Source: Octopus sinensis
Taxonomy: Eukaryota
Direction of reading: 5' to 3'
DNA length: 47,930 nucleotides
NCBI RefSeq assembly: GCF_006345805.1
Contig: NW_021834880.1
Location: 1-47,930 of the forward strand
The notes beneath the pieces are model-generated. The model was given only the letters and a program-made list of their open reading frames with translations. It made no database searches and was not told the origin of the DNA. Positions 1 to 12,993 of this stretch are shown here, piece by piece. The position numbers and the translations under genes are program-made. Positions within the stretch are counted from its first letter, which is position 1; each line of letters opens with the position of its first letter.

Positions 1-167
1 TCAATTTTAAAATAATAGAAAAATGTTCTCTAGCGGAAATTGACTGCTGTAGTTTATTAACTGCAGGGTAGATTTCCGATCTCAGCGCTCCAAAGTGAAG
101 GCATCTGAAGGATACCATAAATATAATTTGTTGAACCTCCATCCATGCAAGACTCCGGTCAAACGAT
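1..167 (-). repeat. Fragment of the same repeat family as the spacer of the hammerhead-bearing inverted element at 13190-13350
   Basis: The reverse complement (cgtttgaccggagtcttgcatg...ctttggagcgctgagatcggaaatctaccctgcag...gcagtcaattt...agagaacattt) aligns with 13190-13340. It abuts (AT)n at 168. Confidence 0.8.
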
Positions 168-675
168 ATATATAATATATATATATAATATATATATATC
201 TATATATATATATATATATATTATATAATATATATATATATATATATACTATATATATCACATGAAAGAAAGGAAGAGCATAGAAGTAAGAAATAGAGAG
301 TGAAATAAAGTACAACGCAAACGATTTTTTAGGGGAAAGGGTTAATTTATTATATATCACCGCCAGATCTTATCTAGTTCTGATTTTATCGACTATGAAA
401 GAAATGAAAGGCAACGTCGGCGAGTAAATGTTGCATACCTGGAGTATTTATTATGCTCTCTGACAATATATGAACAAACGCGCATGTCTACCAAATCCAC
501 CATATTACTTTGATTGGCTCAGAGCTACAGTAGAAGACATTTGACCAAGGAGCTACGCAGCGGAATTGAACCTGGAACCATGTGGTTAGAAAGATAACTA
601 CTTACCACACAACCACATCTGGACCTATTAAATACGTATGTAAGTATGTATATATATATATACACACATATATAT

Positions 676-981
676 ATCACGTGATCACGTGACCGACCAG
701 ACCATCAGATGTTGTTACACATCGCTGGTCACTATGCGTTCGCATTGTTTTAGCCTTTGAATGACGCCACCCCGCTGGCTAAGCGAGCAGGTCAACAGAA
801 GAAAGAGTGGGAGAAAGAGTGGTGAAAGGGTACAGCAGGGATCACAACCCCCTGCCGGGTCGTCGTGGAGATTTTAGGTGTTTTCGCTCAATAAACACTC
901 ACAACGCCCGGTCTGGGAATCGAAACCGCGATCCTACCACCACGAGTCCGCTGCCCTAACCACTGGGCCATTGCGCCTCCA
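676..981 (-). mobile_element. tRNA(Arg)-derived SINE (octopus OR-like) with RTE-LINE-like 3' tail
   Basis: Head tggaggcgcaatggcccagtggttagggcagcggactcg...ggtttcgattcc has A/B boxes and a TCG anticodon-like loop. The tail ends ggtcggtcacgtgatcacgtgat. Confidence 0.85.
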
Positions 982-1010
982 TACACAGACACACAGACAC
1001 ACAGACACAT

Positions 1011-1055
<45 letters not shown>

Positions 1056-2260
1056 GAGAGGGGAGGGGAGAGATGTATGTATATAAATATATGTGTTATG
1101 TATATGTATATGTGTCTGCGTATGTTGCATATCTATACACACACGCCTACACCCACACATCTGTTTTTAAACATGTCTGCCTTTTTTTAAGGTGGAAGGG
1201 TGATTTTTAGGGACTACTTGCTGTTATTTCTAAAAAGAAATCGTATGACTAATAGAAGCTTTTCCTTGGCTCAAAATATACGTAAATGCGTGCATGCATG
1301 TGTAAATATGTGTGTACGTTACGCTTGTATCTCTGTGAGCGTCTGTGTACTTGTAAGTGTATGTGTGTCTGTCTGTTGAAATGCTTGGGTATTTTTGGAA
1401 GTTTCTTCAATTTGATGTCCTCATTCTCTAGATTTGACACGAAATACTACCCCCACACAAAACAAATAGTCCTTTTCTTTTGCTTCTCTAATATGTTATC
1501 TAAATTTACTTTTTACGATGTTTCAACTTTGATAAGTTTTAAACTATAAATTTCTGAGAACAAACATTGGCTGTCTTGACTTCATTTTATAGACATAAGG
1601 TTAGCAAATGTCAATTTAAATTTTGCGTTTTAAATTACGAAAGGAGGAAACTATTTGAATAAGAACGTAAAGACAGCGAATTAAGTATATTTTCATATAA
1701 TACGTTTAGATTCGCAGTTATTTTATGAAGAGTTGAGTAACCTATGTGAACTAAAGCAAATACCAATTGCAGCAATTTCGAGGAAATTATAAATATTTAT
1801 CGAAATAAAATACGAAAATATTTGTTTCTTTCTTAATGTTATTTGTGATAAATAAATGCAATAAGGAAAAGGGAAGGAGGAAAGTTATAATTCTGGCCTG
1901 AGTAAATAGAAAAACGGGGTGAAAAAGGTTGGCATATTTAATATATCGTATTTATAAATCATTGAGCGAAAAATCCAGGGAAAGATTGTGGTGCCATCTT
2001 AATTAATGCAAAGATTATGATTCATTGGTAAAGTCGAAAAGTATTTCCAAATATTGAGGGTTCATGAGTGAGAGTACATCAAGCTTACCGGAAAGATTTT
2101 ATAAAAGAATAAATGTATATACACGATCATTTCCTATGTGTACATATACATTCACATTCTTTTACTTTTACCTTTAACTTATTTCAATTATTTGACTGTG
2201 GCCACGCTGGAGCATTACCTTGATGAATTTTAGTCGAACATGTCAACCTCAAGACTTTAT

Positions 2261-2660
2261 ACAGGAAGTGGCTGTGTAGTAAGTAGCTTGCTTACCAACC
2301 ACATGGTTACGGGTTCAGTCCCACTGCGTGGCACCTTGGGCAAGTGTCTTCTACTATAGCCTCGGGTCGACCAAAGCCTTGTGAGTGGATTTGGTAGACG
2401 AAAACTGAAAGAAGCCCGTCGTATATTTGTATATATATATATGTATGTGTGTATATATGTTTGTGTCTGTGTTTGTCCCCCCAACAGCGCTTGTACCGAT
2501 GCTAGTGTGTTTACGTCCCCGTAACCTAGCAGTTCGGCAAAAGAGACCGATAGAATAAGTTCTAGGCATACAAAGAATAAGTCCCCGGGTCGATATAATC
2601 GACTAAAGGCGGTGCTCCAGCATGGCCACAGTCAAATGACTGAAACAAGTAAAAGGGTAA
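2261..2660 (+). mobile_element. tRNA-derived SINE family A (abundant octopus SINE with internal AT/GT microsatellite)
   Basis: gtggctgtgtagtaagtagcttgcttaccaaccacatggttacgggttcagtccc head; aaagaagcccgtcg; tail ggcggtgctccagcatggcc...gactgaaacaagtaaaag. More than 15 full or partial copies occur in the window. Confidence 0.9.
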
Positions 2661-2671
2661 AAAAGTACTTA

Positions 2672-2928
2672 TTTTATCTGTCTGTTTTACTGAACCATAA
2701 AATTACGGTAATGTAAACACACCACCACCGGTTATCAAACGGTAGTGAAAGGCAAGAACACGCACACATAGATAGATATATGATAGGCTTCTTTCAGTTT
2801 CCATCTACCAAATCTACTCACAAAGGTTTGGTCGGTGCGAGGCTATTGCAAGAGACAGTTCCCCAAGCTACCACGCAGTGGGAGTGAACCCAGAACTATG
2901 TGATAGAGAAACAAGCTTCTTACCACAC
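2672..2928 (-). mobile_element. SINE family A, diverged copy
   Basis: gggcttctttcagtttcc...ccacgcagtgggagtgaacccagaactatgtg is the reverse complement of family A. Confidence 0.75.
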
Positions 2929-2934
2929 AACAAA

Positions 2935-3235
2935 CTAGAGTATTCGGCTCATGATCGTAAGGTCGAGAGTTCGATTACCGGCGGGGTATTGTCTCCTTGA
3001 GCAAGACATTCTATTTCATGTTACTTCAGTCTACTCAGCTGGTGAAAATGAGTTGTGTCTGCATTTCAAAGGGCCAGCCTTGTCGCATTCGGTGTGTCAC
3101 GCTGAATCTCCTTGAAAACGAGGTTAAGGTCACGCGAGTCTGTGGAGTGCACAACCACTTGCACATTAATCTCACGAGGAGTCTCTTCAGCTGATCGGAG
3201 TAACTGGAACACTCATCGTCGTAACCTTCGGAGAG
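2935..3235 (+). mobile_element. tRNA-derived SINE family C
   Basis: gtattcggctcatgatcgtaaggtcgagagttcgatt (B box), ttgtctccttgagcaagaca core; homologous to 7408-7727 (-). Confidence 0.8.
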
Positions 3236-3638
3236 CCATGCTTCTATTTGTATGTATGTATGTATGTATGTATGTTCACACTCACACAAATATATTTATA
3301 CATACATACATATATACATACATACATACATACATACATGCATATATACATATATACATACACACGCATATATATATATATATACACACACACATACAAA
3401 CACACATAAATATATACATATTTCACGTTCACTAAAAAGTTTATTAAATTTCTCATGACGTCATGCTTATGTGCATATTATACACACACACACACACGTA
3501 CACACACAACACACACACACCACACACACGTACACACACACGCACGCACACAACACACATCTATATCTCTAGATGGAGCTTATGTTCTTAAAATACACAG
3601 ATGAATAGCACAAAAATCTGCCCCACTCTCTCACCGTA

Positions 3639-3682
<44 letters not shown>

Positions 3683-4284
3683 AGGGAAGAAGAGAGAGAG
3701 AGAGAGGTCTTTACTCTTTATTTCGGGGTATTTTGAGAACATAAGCTCCGTCTACTTGTGATAAGAATCTTCCAGTAAAATTCTGACTATACCAAAATTG
3801 TTCTAATCTTGATATATTCTGAAAAGTTTCAAACATTGTAAGATTTCCTCTCGTAACTTTTTCTTCATAAAAGTGCCAGTACATTGCTTGCTTGTTTTGG
3901 ATAATCTGGCTGCAAATGTGGGAAACGCTGGTGAAAATTCTTCCCGTTTCTTTTACTGCTTCTTTCAGATTAACGCCAGATTAAGAAGAAAAACGAAACA
4001 GTTTATTATTTTGTACAAATATCCAAAATCATGAGTTTTTATTGCAAGTAATGATATCGTAAAAAAAAAAAAAGAGAGAGAGACGAAAGGGAGAAAGAGT
4101 GGGGTTGTTTGAGAAATTATAAACGAAAGAATGGGAAATGCTGGGAATGGAAAACAACATCCTCTAGTGGTCTTCAATTTTTTTTTTGACTATCTTTTAC
4201 TTGTTTCAGTCATTTGTCTGCGGGGGCATCACCTGCAAGAATTTGTTTTACTCGAACAAATCCACTTTTTTGCCCAACTGCTAA

Positions 4285-4766
4285 GTTGGTGTTTTTCCTC
4301 CTGCAGTCAACCGCTTCACAATTGTTCACAATCGTTAACCTAGCAGAATCCAGGTAAAAAAAAGACACTAGTAAAAAAGTCACAGGAAAAAATGTCACAG
4401 TATTAAAGTCACAATTTTGGCTAGGGGAAAAATGGCACAGGAAAAAAGTTGCAAATAATTTATGGTGGCCGGTAATAAAGTCACAGGATAAAGTCACAAT
4501 TTTGGCTAGGGAAAAATATCACAGGAAAAAAGTCACAATTGATGGGATCCGGATACACCCACCTCCCCAGGACGCAACCCCCCTCGGACAACGCCCCTGG
4601 ACAACCCTCCTACCCGGAAATCCCACGGACAAAATCTCAGTGACTTTGTTACCGTGACTTTTTTTTCCTGTGACTTTTTTACCTGTGTGTTTTTTACCTG
4701 GATTCTGCTAAGTTAACAACTGTGAACAATTGTGAAGCGGTTGACTGTAGAGGAAAAATACCAACA
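4285..4766. mobile_element. Foldback/MITE with about 125-bp inverted arms and internal aaaaagtcac(agg) subrepeats
   Basis: 4285-4410 (gttggtgtttttcctc...cagtcaaccgcttcacaattgttcaca...agcagaatccaggtaaaaaa) is the reverse complement of 4640-4766. Internal ggacaa/cccc repeats resemble Mutator-type MITEs. Confidence 0.75.
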
Positions 4767-4786
4767 CAGACACACACAGAGATTAT

Positions 4787-5125
4787 CTTTTACTTGTTTC
4801 AGCCGTTGGACAGTTGTTATGCTTGGGTATTGCATTGAAAGGTTCTAGTTGAACGGTTCTTTAATTCTATCGGTTTCTTTCGCCGAACTGCTCAGTTACA
4901 TGAACATAAACAAGCCAGCATCAGTTATCAAGCGCTAGTGGGGTGAAGGTTAGGGGACAACCACAAAAACACACTCACACATACAACGGGCTTCTTTCAG
5001 TTTCCTGTCTACGAAATTTCTTCACAAGGCTTTGGTCGACCCGTTGCTATAGTGAGCGACACTTACCCAAAGTGCCATGCAGTGGGACTGGACCCGGAAC
5101 CATATGGTTGCACTCAGCCTGCGCC
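4787..5125 (-). mobile_element. SINE family A, diverged copy
   Basis: cttttacttgtttcag...acgggcttctttcagtttcc...cagtgggactggacccggaaccat. Confidence 0.8.
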
Positions 5126-5269
5126 AATTAAAAACATTGAATGCTCCACGAATTTACCTGTCAGCACACAAATGCTAACGGCAGAGCAATATATAGTGTT
5201 TTATTGACGCTGTCTGATCAGTTACGTGAAGAGGTTTTCAGTTGCAATAAAACGCTATAAACGAATCTG

Positions 5270-5560
5270 TACAGGAATTTGACAAAATAATGGACACTCT
5301 ACTTCTTATTCAACTATTTTTTTTTCTCTTGACAAAAGGGCAATTTTAAAACAGATCTAGTCTTTATATATGTGTTCAAATGCATTAGGTATCTGTTGTA
5401 CTTCATGATATAAACCTCTGATTGTTTTCATTTTGCAGATATATTTATTTAAACTTAAGTTAAAATACGTGGCCTTTCTGATTTCCAAAAGGGAAAAATT
5501 GTTGAAGCGTGGATACCTGGAGCTTCAATCACTAAAAGTGCTGAAGTATTTATTGTTTTT
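5270..5560 (+). mobile_element. Tc1-like DNA transposon, 5' fragment
   Basis: TA + caggaatttgacaaaataatggacac terminus. 5462-5560 translates KIRGLSDFQKGKIVEAWIPGASITKSAEVF, the typical Tc1 N-terminal paired-like HTH start. Confidence 0.75.
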
Positions 5561-5829
5561 GTATACATTCGCTGCTTTCTTCCAAGGAATCTAATTCTCT
5601 TAGCTTAGTTTTTTGTGGGGGTTGGCCAGATTGGAGCAATCTCAAGTATAATCAGCCGAAATTGCGAAGATAATATGATACTTGACTGCGGAAAGAAAAC
5701 TTCAAATGACCCGTCCTTGTTTTCTTTGTATCGTCTATCTGGATGTTTTGTTGTCCCATTTTTGTATCACCTAGCTGTCCGGATGTTTTGCGTTCTTGTC
5801 CCATTTTGTATTTTATATATATGTATGTG

Positions 5830-5860
<31 letters not shown>

Positions 5861-5882
5861 GTCTGTGCGTGAGTGTGTGTGT

Positions 5883-6002
5883 GTGGAAGAACGTAGGCTC
5901 GAAACGTTAAAGACTTTTTCACTTCCCGAGTGTTATACTAATACATCTGTTTGATGTCTACACCACTTGTCTTCGTCTTTTGTTTTTTTGTGAATTCTCC
6001 CT
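5883..6002 (+). repeat. Short PLE pLTR-like repeat with a 5'-truncated minimal hammerhead-like motif
   Basis: gtggaagaacgtaggctcGAAAcgttaaagac plus downstream sequence resembles 22865-23045(-) and 39620-39835(+). Flanked by GT microsatellites. Confidence 0.55.
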
Positions 6003-6011
6003 ATATATGTC

Positions 6012-6052
<41 letters not shown>

Positions 6053-6898
6053 TGTGGTGTGTAGGTAGATAGAGAGATAGATTGATTGATTGATAGATAG
6101 CTCACTCTATATGTACATATATATAGCTGTGTGTGTGTGTGTACGTATTATAACTGATTCTTTAAGCCAAATGATGAAATTATGACCGTAGTGTGGCTAT
6201 CGGACCACCTCAGTACATTCATATTTTGTAACATCTAAAACAGCGAATGTGATGTATGCGATATTGTTTGCCCTCACTTCATTGATATTCAATCATATAT
6301 ATATTTACGTTTGTCGAGTGAAAAATAATAACTCAATTATTTTTGACAAGCATCTGTAAAATTCTTCACTTTTTACTTAATAGAAATCGCCGGCCGGTCT
6401 TACATCAATCACAATCGCTTTATATATATGTAACATATCTACAAAACGATTACTTTTAGGCTTAGATATACTAAATTATGAAACACAACGACATATCCAT
6501 CAAATGTTATACGTGTGTGTCTATTCTGTATATTTTAAAAATAAATCGATTCATCTTAGTCATATGCACTTTTGTATTTAGGGCACGCTGCTTGATCCAT
6601 GAATGAATAAGTTTTGTACTTATCTTAGAAACTAGTTGAAAATCGGGATGTAGAGAAGTCAATGCAACCATTATTTCTTCGGTAAGATAATTTGTTTTTG
6701 TAGCTATATATTTTTAAAAGGTTTTTTTTTTAAATTTCTTTCTTTAGTTGTCAACGAATGCCGTGAAATTAGTATACAAGGGAGACAGGGTAGGTCAATC
6801 GCGGTGACCACCATGAAATTGATACCATAGTGTAGTTAAAGATTCAATCATGGAAGAGGATATTTGATGTGTGTATGTGTGTTTAAATGTGTATGCAC

Positions 6899-6938
<40 letters not shown>

Positions 6939-7407
6939 GTATGTATTTATATATGCATGTGTGTGTATGGATAAACATATATAGAGATACATATACATAT
7001 CTGTGTGTATATATATATACTGTATATATTATATACATGTATATATATGTGTATATATATAATATATATATATATAATATAATATATATATATATATATA
7101 ATATATATACATGTGTATAATATAAAAGAGAGTGAGATAAATAGATAGACAAAATAAGCAACAGGATGCTACTAATTTTTTATTTTATTCACCATCGAGT
7201 TGTGCGGATAATACCGGACTGACTTGGTGCTTCAATTTAAATATCTAATTCAACTGAATCTCAATTATGCACACATACACACACACATATGTATATGTAT
7301 GTCTGAATATATGTATGTATGAATATATATATATGTGTGTGTGTGTGTGTCTGTGTCTGCGTGTGTGTGTGTGTGTGTATATGTGTGTATGTGTGTGTGT
7401 GTGCATA

Positions 7408-7727
7408 GGAGCACTCCGTCGGTTACGACGACGAGGGTCACAGCTGATACGATCAACGGAACAGCCTGCTCGTGAAATTAACGTGCAAGTGACTGAGCAA
7501 TCCACAGACACGCGTACCCCTAACGTAGTTCGCAAGGAGATTCAGCGTGACACAGAGTGTGACAAGGCCGACCCTTTGAAATACAGGTACAACTCATTTT
7601 TGCCAGCTTAGTGGACTGGAGCAACGTGAAAACAAGAGTCTTGCTCAAGGACACAACGTGGAATCGAACTCACGACCTTACAATCGTGAGCTGAATGCCC
7701 TAACCACTAAGCCACGCGCCTTCACAC
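7408..7727 (-). mobile_element. tRNA-derived SINE family C
   Basis: Minus strand gtgaaggcgcgtggcttagtggttagggcattcagctcacgattgtaaggtcgtgagttcgattcc (A/B boxes), then ttgtgtccttgagcaagac. Confidence 0.85.
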
Positions 7728-7869
7728 ATAGGTGTATATATATATATACTGTTGTGTCTGGGGAGAGTACTTTCTTTTTGTGCCTTATACCCAGACACAA
7801 TAGAATATGCTTTAAGACACAAACACACATAAAGAATCTTGCAAACCAAATCCTAAAACGAAATACATA

Positions 7870-9154
7870 CGAGGGGCGTTCAATAAGTAATGCCCCTGAC
7901 CCACTTCCCATAGCAGTAGAGCAACGAAACTTGGCACGGCTATTAGTCTTTTTCTACATAGGAACCACCCAGAGTTACGCATTTCTCCCATTGCTTGATG
8001 CAGCTCTGGCGACCGTTTTTGTAAAAGACCCCAGCTTGGTCCTCCAACCTGAACGTGACTTCAGAAATCAAGGCTGCATCATCTGGGAAACGCTTTCCTT
8101 TCAAAAACAACTTCATGACTGGGAAGAGGTAAAACAGAGGGTGCAAGGTCAGGAAAGTAGGGGGATGGGGAGGAGTTCATAGCCATACGCCTGTGCTTCT
8201 GATCTGGCGACAAGCGAGTTGTGGACCGGAGCGTTGTCCTGCAGAGGAGGATGCCTTTGCTGATCTTGCCCCGCCTCTTGATTTTGATAGCTTCTCTTTA
8301 ATTTCCTCAAAAGTGAAGCATAATAGGCTCCTGCAATTGTGGTACCCTTTGCCAGGAAATTTGTCATCACTACTCCGTCCTGGTCCCAGAAGACTGTGAG
8401 CATGACCTTGCCAGCGGAGGGCTGCACCCTTGCCTTCTTTGGAGGGGGTTAGTCACGGTGCTTCCACTGCATTAACTGGGCTTTGGTTTCTGGATCATCG
8501 TGATGGACCCAGGTTTCATCCTGTGTAATCAGTCTTTTGAAAAATTTTGACTCATCTTCTTGGCACATCTCCAAATTCACCCTCGAGCACTCGACGCGTT
8601 CTTGCTTCTGGAAAGGCGTGAGCAACCTGGGAATCCATCTGGCAGACACCTTTTGCATATGCAAATGGTCATGAATGATAGTTTCCACAGACCCGGTACT
8701 AATCTTGACCTCATGGGCTATTTCGGCGAATAATTATGCGTCGATCTTCCTAAATGGCAGCCTCAACTTGACGGACAGATGCCTCATCAATGGCCAAAGG
8801 GGGCGACCAGATCTGGGAGCTGTTTCCACAGAGTTCGGACCATGTTGAATTCACGATGCCAGCGTTTTACAAGGTCATATGATGGGGCATCATTACCATA
8901 AGTTACTTTCATTTCATCAAAAGTCTCCCGTGGTGTGCGTCCTTTCAAATACAAAAACCGGATCACTGCTCGACACTCAACAGGCTTCATTTCACACTTG
9001 ACTCGGTTCAAACACCTGTAAATCAGAAACCACAATTAATCCGGAGCTGTAATTTGCCACTTACTCTATAGAGATATAAATGAGCACATGCAAAATCTCA
9101 GCTAGATCAACAACTGCAAGTGGGTCAGAGGCATTACTTATTGAACGTCCCTCG
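7870..9154 (-). mobile_element. Full-length mariner transposon (about 1.29 kb, irritans/Himar1-like), inactive
   Basis: TIRs cgaggggcgttcaataagtaatgcccctgacccactt / aagtgggtcagaggcattacttattgaacgtccctcg, with TA on both sides (7868-69, 9155-56). Confidence 0.97.
7943..8990 (-). pseudogene. Mariner DD34D transposase, disrupted by frameshifts and one in-frame stop
   Basis: Fragments MKPVECRAVIRFL, SARWIPRLL, ITQDETWVHH, HRD*PPPKKARVQPSAGKVMLTVFWD, QDNAPVH, PDLAPS/FYLFP, WEKCVTLGGSYVEK. Confidence 0.95.
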
Positions 9155-9230
9155 TATATATATATAAATATATACATATGTATATAATATATATATATAA
9201 AATATACATACATACGTATATTATATATAT

Positions 9231-9280
<50 letters not shown>

Positions 9281-9337
9281 GTATATATATGTATGTATAT
9301 ACATATATGTATGTGTAGTATGATTACGGATAGATAG

Positions 9338-9369
<32 letters not shown>

Positions 9370-9907
9370 TTGCGTAATATATAAATACAGGCAAAAACTC
9401 AAATGCCCAATGTTTCAGTTTACAAAGAAACAGTAAATGGGTGTTGAGTATATATCGTAAATCAGTCATGAGTGAAGTGCGGCCCACGGGACTTTCTGAA
9501 TGTCACGCCATACAAAAAATTACTTCGAATGTTTTTAGCAGTGCGACTTGCCTGATGATAAGCCTCGACAGATGCTACCCATACCTGGTGCAGAGTAATA
9601 TCCTTAAAATTTCGTTATGTACACATGTGTCTTTATATGTATGTATACGAATATGCAAGTGTGTGTGTGTCCTAAAGTCATAAGCCAAATCTCATTGCGG
9701 AACCCAAAGATGAAAAATAGAAGGGCCGAAACCATTCAGTTTTATTTCTTTTCTTTTAGGCACAATATATCTAGGAGTACAACAGTATATGTTTTTGTAG
9801 GTCTGGCAATTATTGTGTCGGACTGATTTGTCGAACCACTAAGTAAACAAACGAAGTGGTAGGTGACGAACACTGACACAAAGACACACACACGCACACA
9901 CACACAC

Positions 9908-9953
<46 letters not shown>

Positions 9954-10969
9954 TTCATGTTATTTGCACCGTTGTTGACGTCCTACGCCCGTATATGCTG
10001 TATATATATAAATATGAATACATATATATATATATATATATATCTATATATATATATATATTATAAATATACATATGTATATATGAATTGCTTCCACACG
10101 CTTTCCGTCAACTAAATTCACTCACAAGGCATTGGTCTGCCCGGAGTCTTTTCTCAAAGTGGTGTGCAGCGAAACTGAATCCGTAACCACGTAGTTGCAA
10201 AGATAGCTGCTTAACCACAGAACCCTTCTCGCAAAGATTTCTTGTATAAAAAAAGAAAAGAAAGAAAGGAAGACCAAAAGTAATTTGAAAATTACGACGT
10301 TACAATAACTGAAGAAATAATATCTGAAGATATAGGTTTTGATTATTACATGGAGAAAGGCAAGTTCCAATATGATGATCGTTGGTAACATTTTGTAATC
10401 AGAATGGTGCCTTAGATCGATCTAAATAAAATTTAATAAACGAAGAAATAAAAATAAAATTAAAATATTTTATCAGTAGAACTCCTAGTAAAATTGTTTA
10501 AATTGACTAATTCTTTTGATGGCGTCAAAAGTTTGCTGGTAATGTAAATTTTTTTTGAAGTCATCAAAAATTTGACTGCACGTTTTGAAGGTGGTGTGAG
10601 AGGAATCCTGTTACGTCGAGATATAATTTTACGTTTGCTTTCAAAGAAATGGAATGAAATTGTCGATTTTATAGCGGAATTAAAACAGAAATCGGTAGAC
10701 TGTGGCTTCAGAGAATCAGATTGATTCAGATTATATGATCAAAGTCAGGTTGATTATGGTCACATTTATAAAAAAAAAATAATAATAATAATAAAAAATG
10801 CGGCAAGCAATTTTATAGGAATCAGACCCAACATTAGAAATAATAATAATAATAAAAGATATTGAAATTGCTGTGGCAGTACAGAGAATTGCTGAAAAAC
10901 TTTCCAAATTGACCGGAAGGAAGGATTCAGGTTAAAAACTTCAGGTGCCAGAGTTGTACAGAGGAAGAA

Positions 10970-11004
<35 letters not shown>

Positions 11005-11458
11005 ATTGAATAATTTTTGACATAAACATGTAGGATTGCTGATTCAGGTTTAATTAAAACACATGTGAGCAATATTTCAAACATAAAAAAAAAATTAAAG
11101 CAAAATCAAATATCCAGTTTTGAGAAATATTACAGTAGTAGAAACAAATGTGAGGAAGCAGGATCATAAATATTTCATTGGAAGTCAATGGCCAGATAAA
11201 CGAATGCAGTTGAGGCTACTGAAACAGTTGTCTGTAGCTGTAAACAGTGAACTGCTGAAAATAGCGTCTTGATTTCAAATACAGCCTGAAGACTGCTTGC
11301 CGAAACAAGGCACGTTATAAAAAGTGCTAACCATGTGACTTGATAGCAAGAAACTATTAGCAGTTCTTATTTTAATACAGTTTATATTAAATGATATTTA
11401 TCTCACACTGGATGGAGGGCTTACATGAAGATCTTCAGTGATAGGCATGGAGTAGATT

Positions 11459-11748
11459 GCTTGTTCCTTCACGAACCATCCCTGGCTCATAAGGGCCGGT
11501 TTCTCAGTTTCCTTGGCGTATAGGTTCCCCACCTGGACGGAACGCCGGTCCGTCGCAAGTGAGCTGCAAGAGGCAGGAGGAAAGAGTGAGAGAAAGTTGT
11601 GGCGAAAGAGTCAGCAGAAGTTCGCCATCATCTTCTGTCAGAGCCGCGTGGAGCATAGGTGTTTCGCTCATAGACACACACATCGCCCGGTCTGAGATTC
11701 GAACCCGCGAGTCCGCTGCTATAACCACTAGGCCATGTGCCTCCACAA
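11459..11748 (-). mobile_element. tRNA(Arg)-derived SINE with 10-bp TSD
   Basis: Head gtggaggcacatggcctagtggttatagcagcggactcgcgggttcgaatctc; TSD ggagtagatt at 11449-11458 and 11749-11758. Confidence 0.9.
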
Positions 11749-11849
11749 GGAGTAGATTAGATGTTTCGAAATAGACATGACATCATTAATTCACTGACGA
11801 AGGAGTTGTGTAATTGAATATGAATACAAACATGGAACCATATTGATTT

Positions 11850-12038
11850 CAAATTTTGGCACAAGGCCAGCAATTTAAGGGAGGGGTAAGTCGAATACAT
11901 CGACCCAAGTACTTAACTGGTGCTTATCTTATCGACCCAGAAAAGATGAAAGGTAAAATGGACTCCAACAGAATTTGAACTCAGAACGCAAAGACGGACG
12001 AAATATTGCTAAGCAATTTTCCCGTTGTGCTAACGATT
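11850..12038 (-). mobile_element. SINE family D (Nin/Deu-domain-like)
   Basis: Reverse complement of ...ctttcatc..ggtcgataa...accag core; head-to-head with the 12060 copy. Confidence 0.75.
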
Positions 12039-12059
12039 GTTAATTAAGTTTTAGTCAAA

Positions 12060-12278
12060 GGAGGCGGCAAGCTGGAAGAAACGTTAGCACCCTGGGCGAA
12101 ATGCTAAGCAGAATTTCGTCTGCCTTTACGCTCTGAGTTCAAATTCCGCCGATGTCGACTTTACCTTTCATCCATTCGGGATCGATAATTAAGTACCAGT
12201 TAGATACTGGGGTCGATCTAATCGACTGGCTCACTCACCTAAAATTTTGGGCCTTGTGCCTAGAGTAGAAAAGAATTT
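12060..12278 (+). mobile_element. SINE family D (Nin/Deu-domain-like) with 13-bp TSD
   Basis: ggaggcggcaagctggaagaaacgttagc...gagttcaaattccgccga...cctttcatccattcgggatcgataattaagtaccag; TSD agttttagtcaaa at 12047-12059 and 12279-12291. Confidence 0.85.
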
Positions 12279-12459
12279 AGTTTTAGTCAAAACTCGGGTA
12301 TTTAAACGTAAGTATTTGCACGAAACAGAAGGTTTATTTAGAACTGAAAGATGAAGCCAAGACTAAATTCTACAATTCGCATAGGATTACAGTAAGACTG
12401 AGAACAAAAGTTGAAGAGAACTGACAGCTCAATGTGGCTATTTTGGAAAATTCTGTTGT

Positions 12460-12993
<534 letters not shown>

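Noticed and set aside
5562-5820. Repeat with cagccGAAAttgc resembling a degenerate pLTR hammerhead
   Set aside because: The CUGANGA core is absent in this copy, so the call cannot be supported.
9550-9610. CTGATGA motif (also 41322, 16018, 11794)
   Set aside because: No stem II followed by GAAA.
11283-11312. CTGAAGA...GAAA hammerhead-like string
   Set aside because: No proper stem II or NUH site, and it lies in the Gypsy gag zinc-knuckle remnant.
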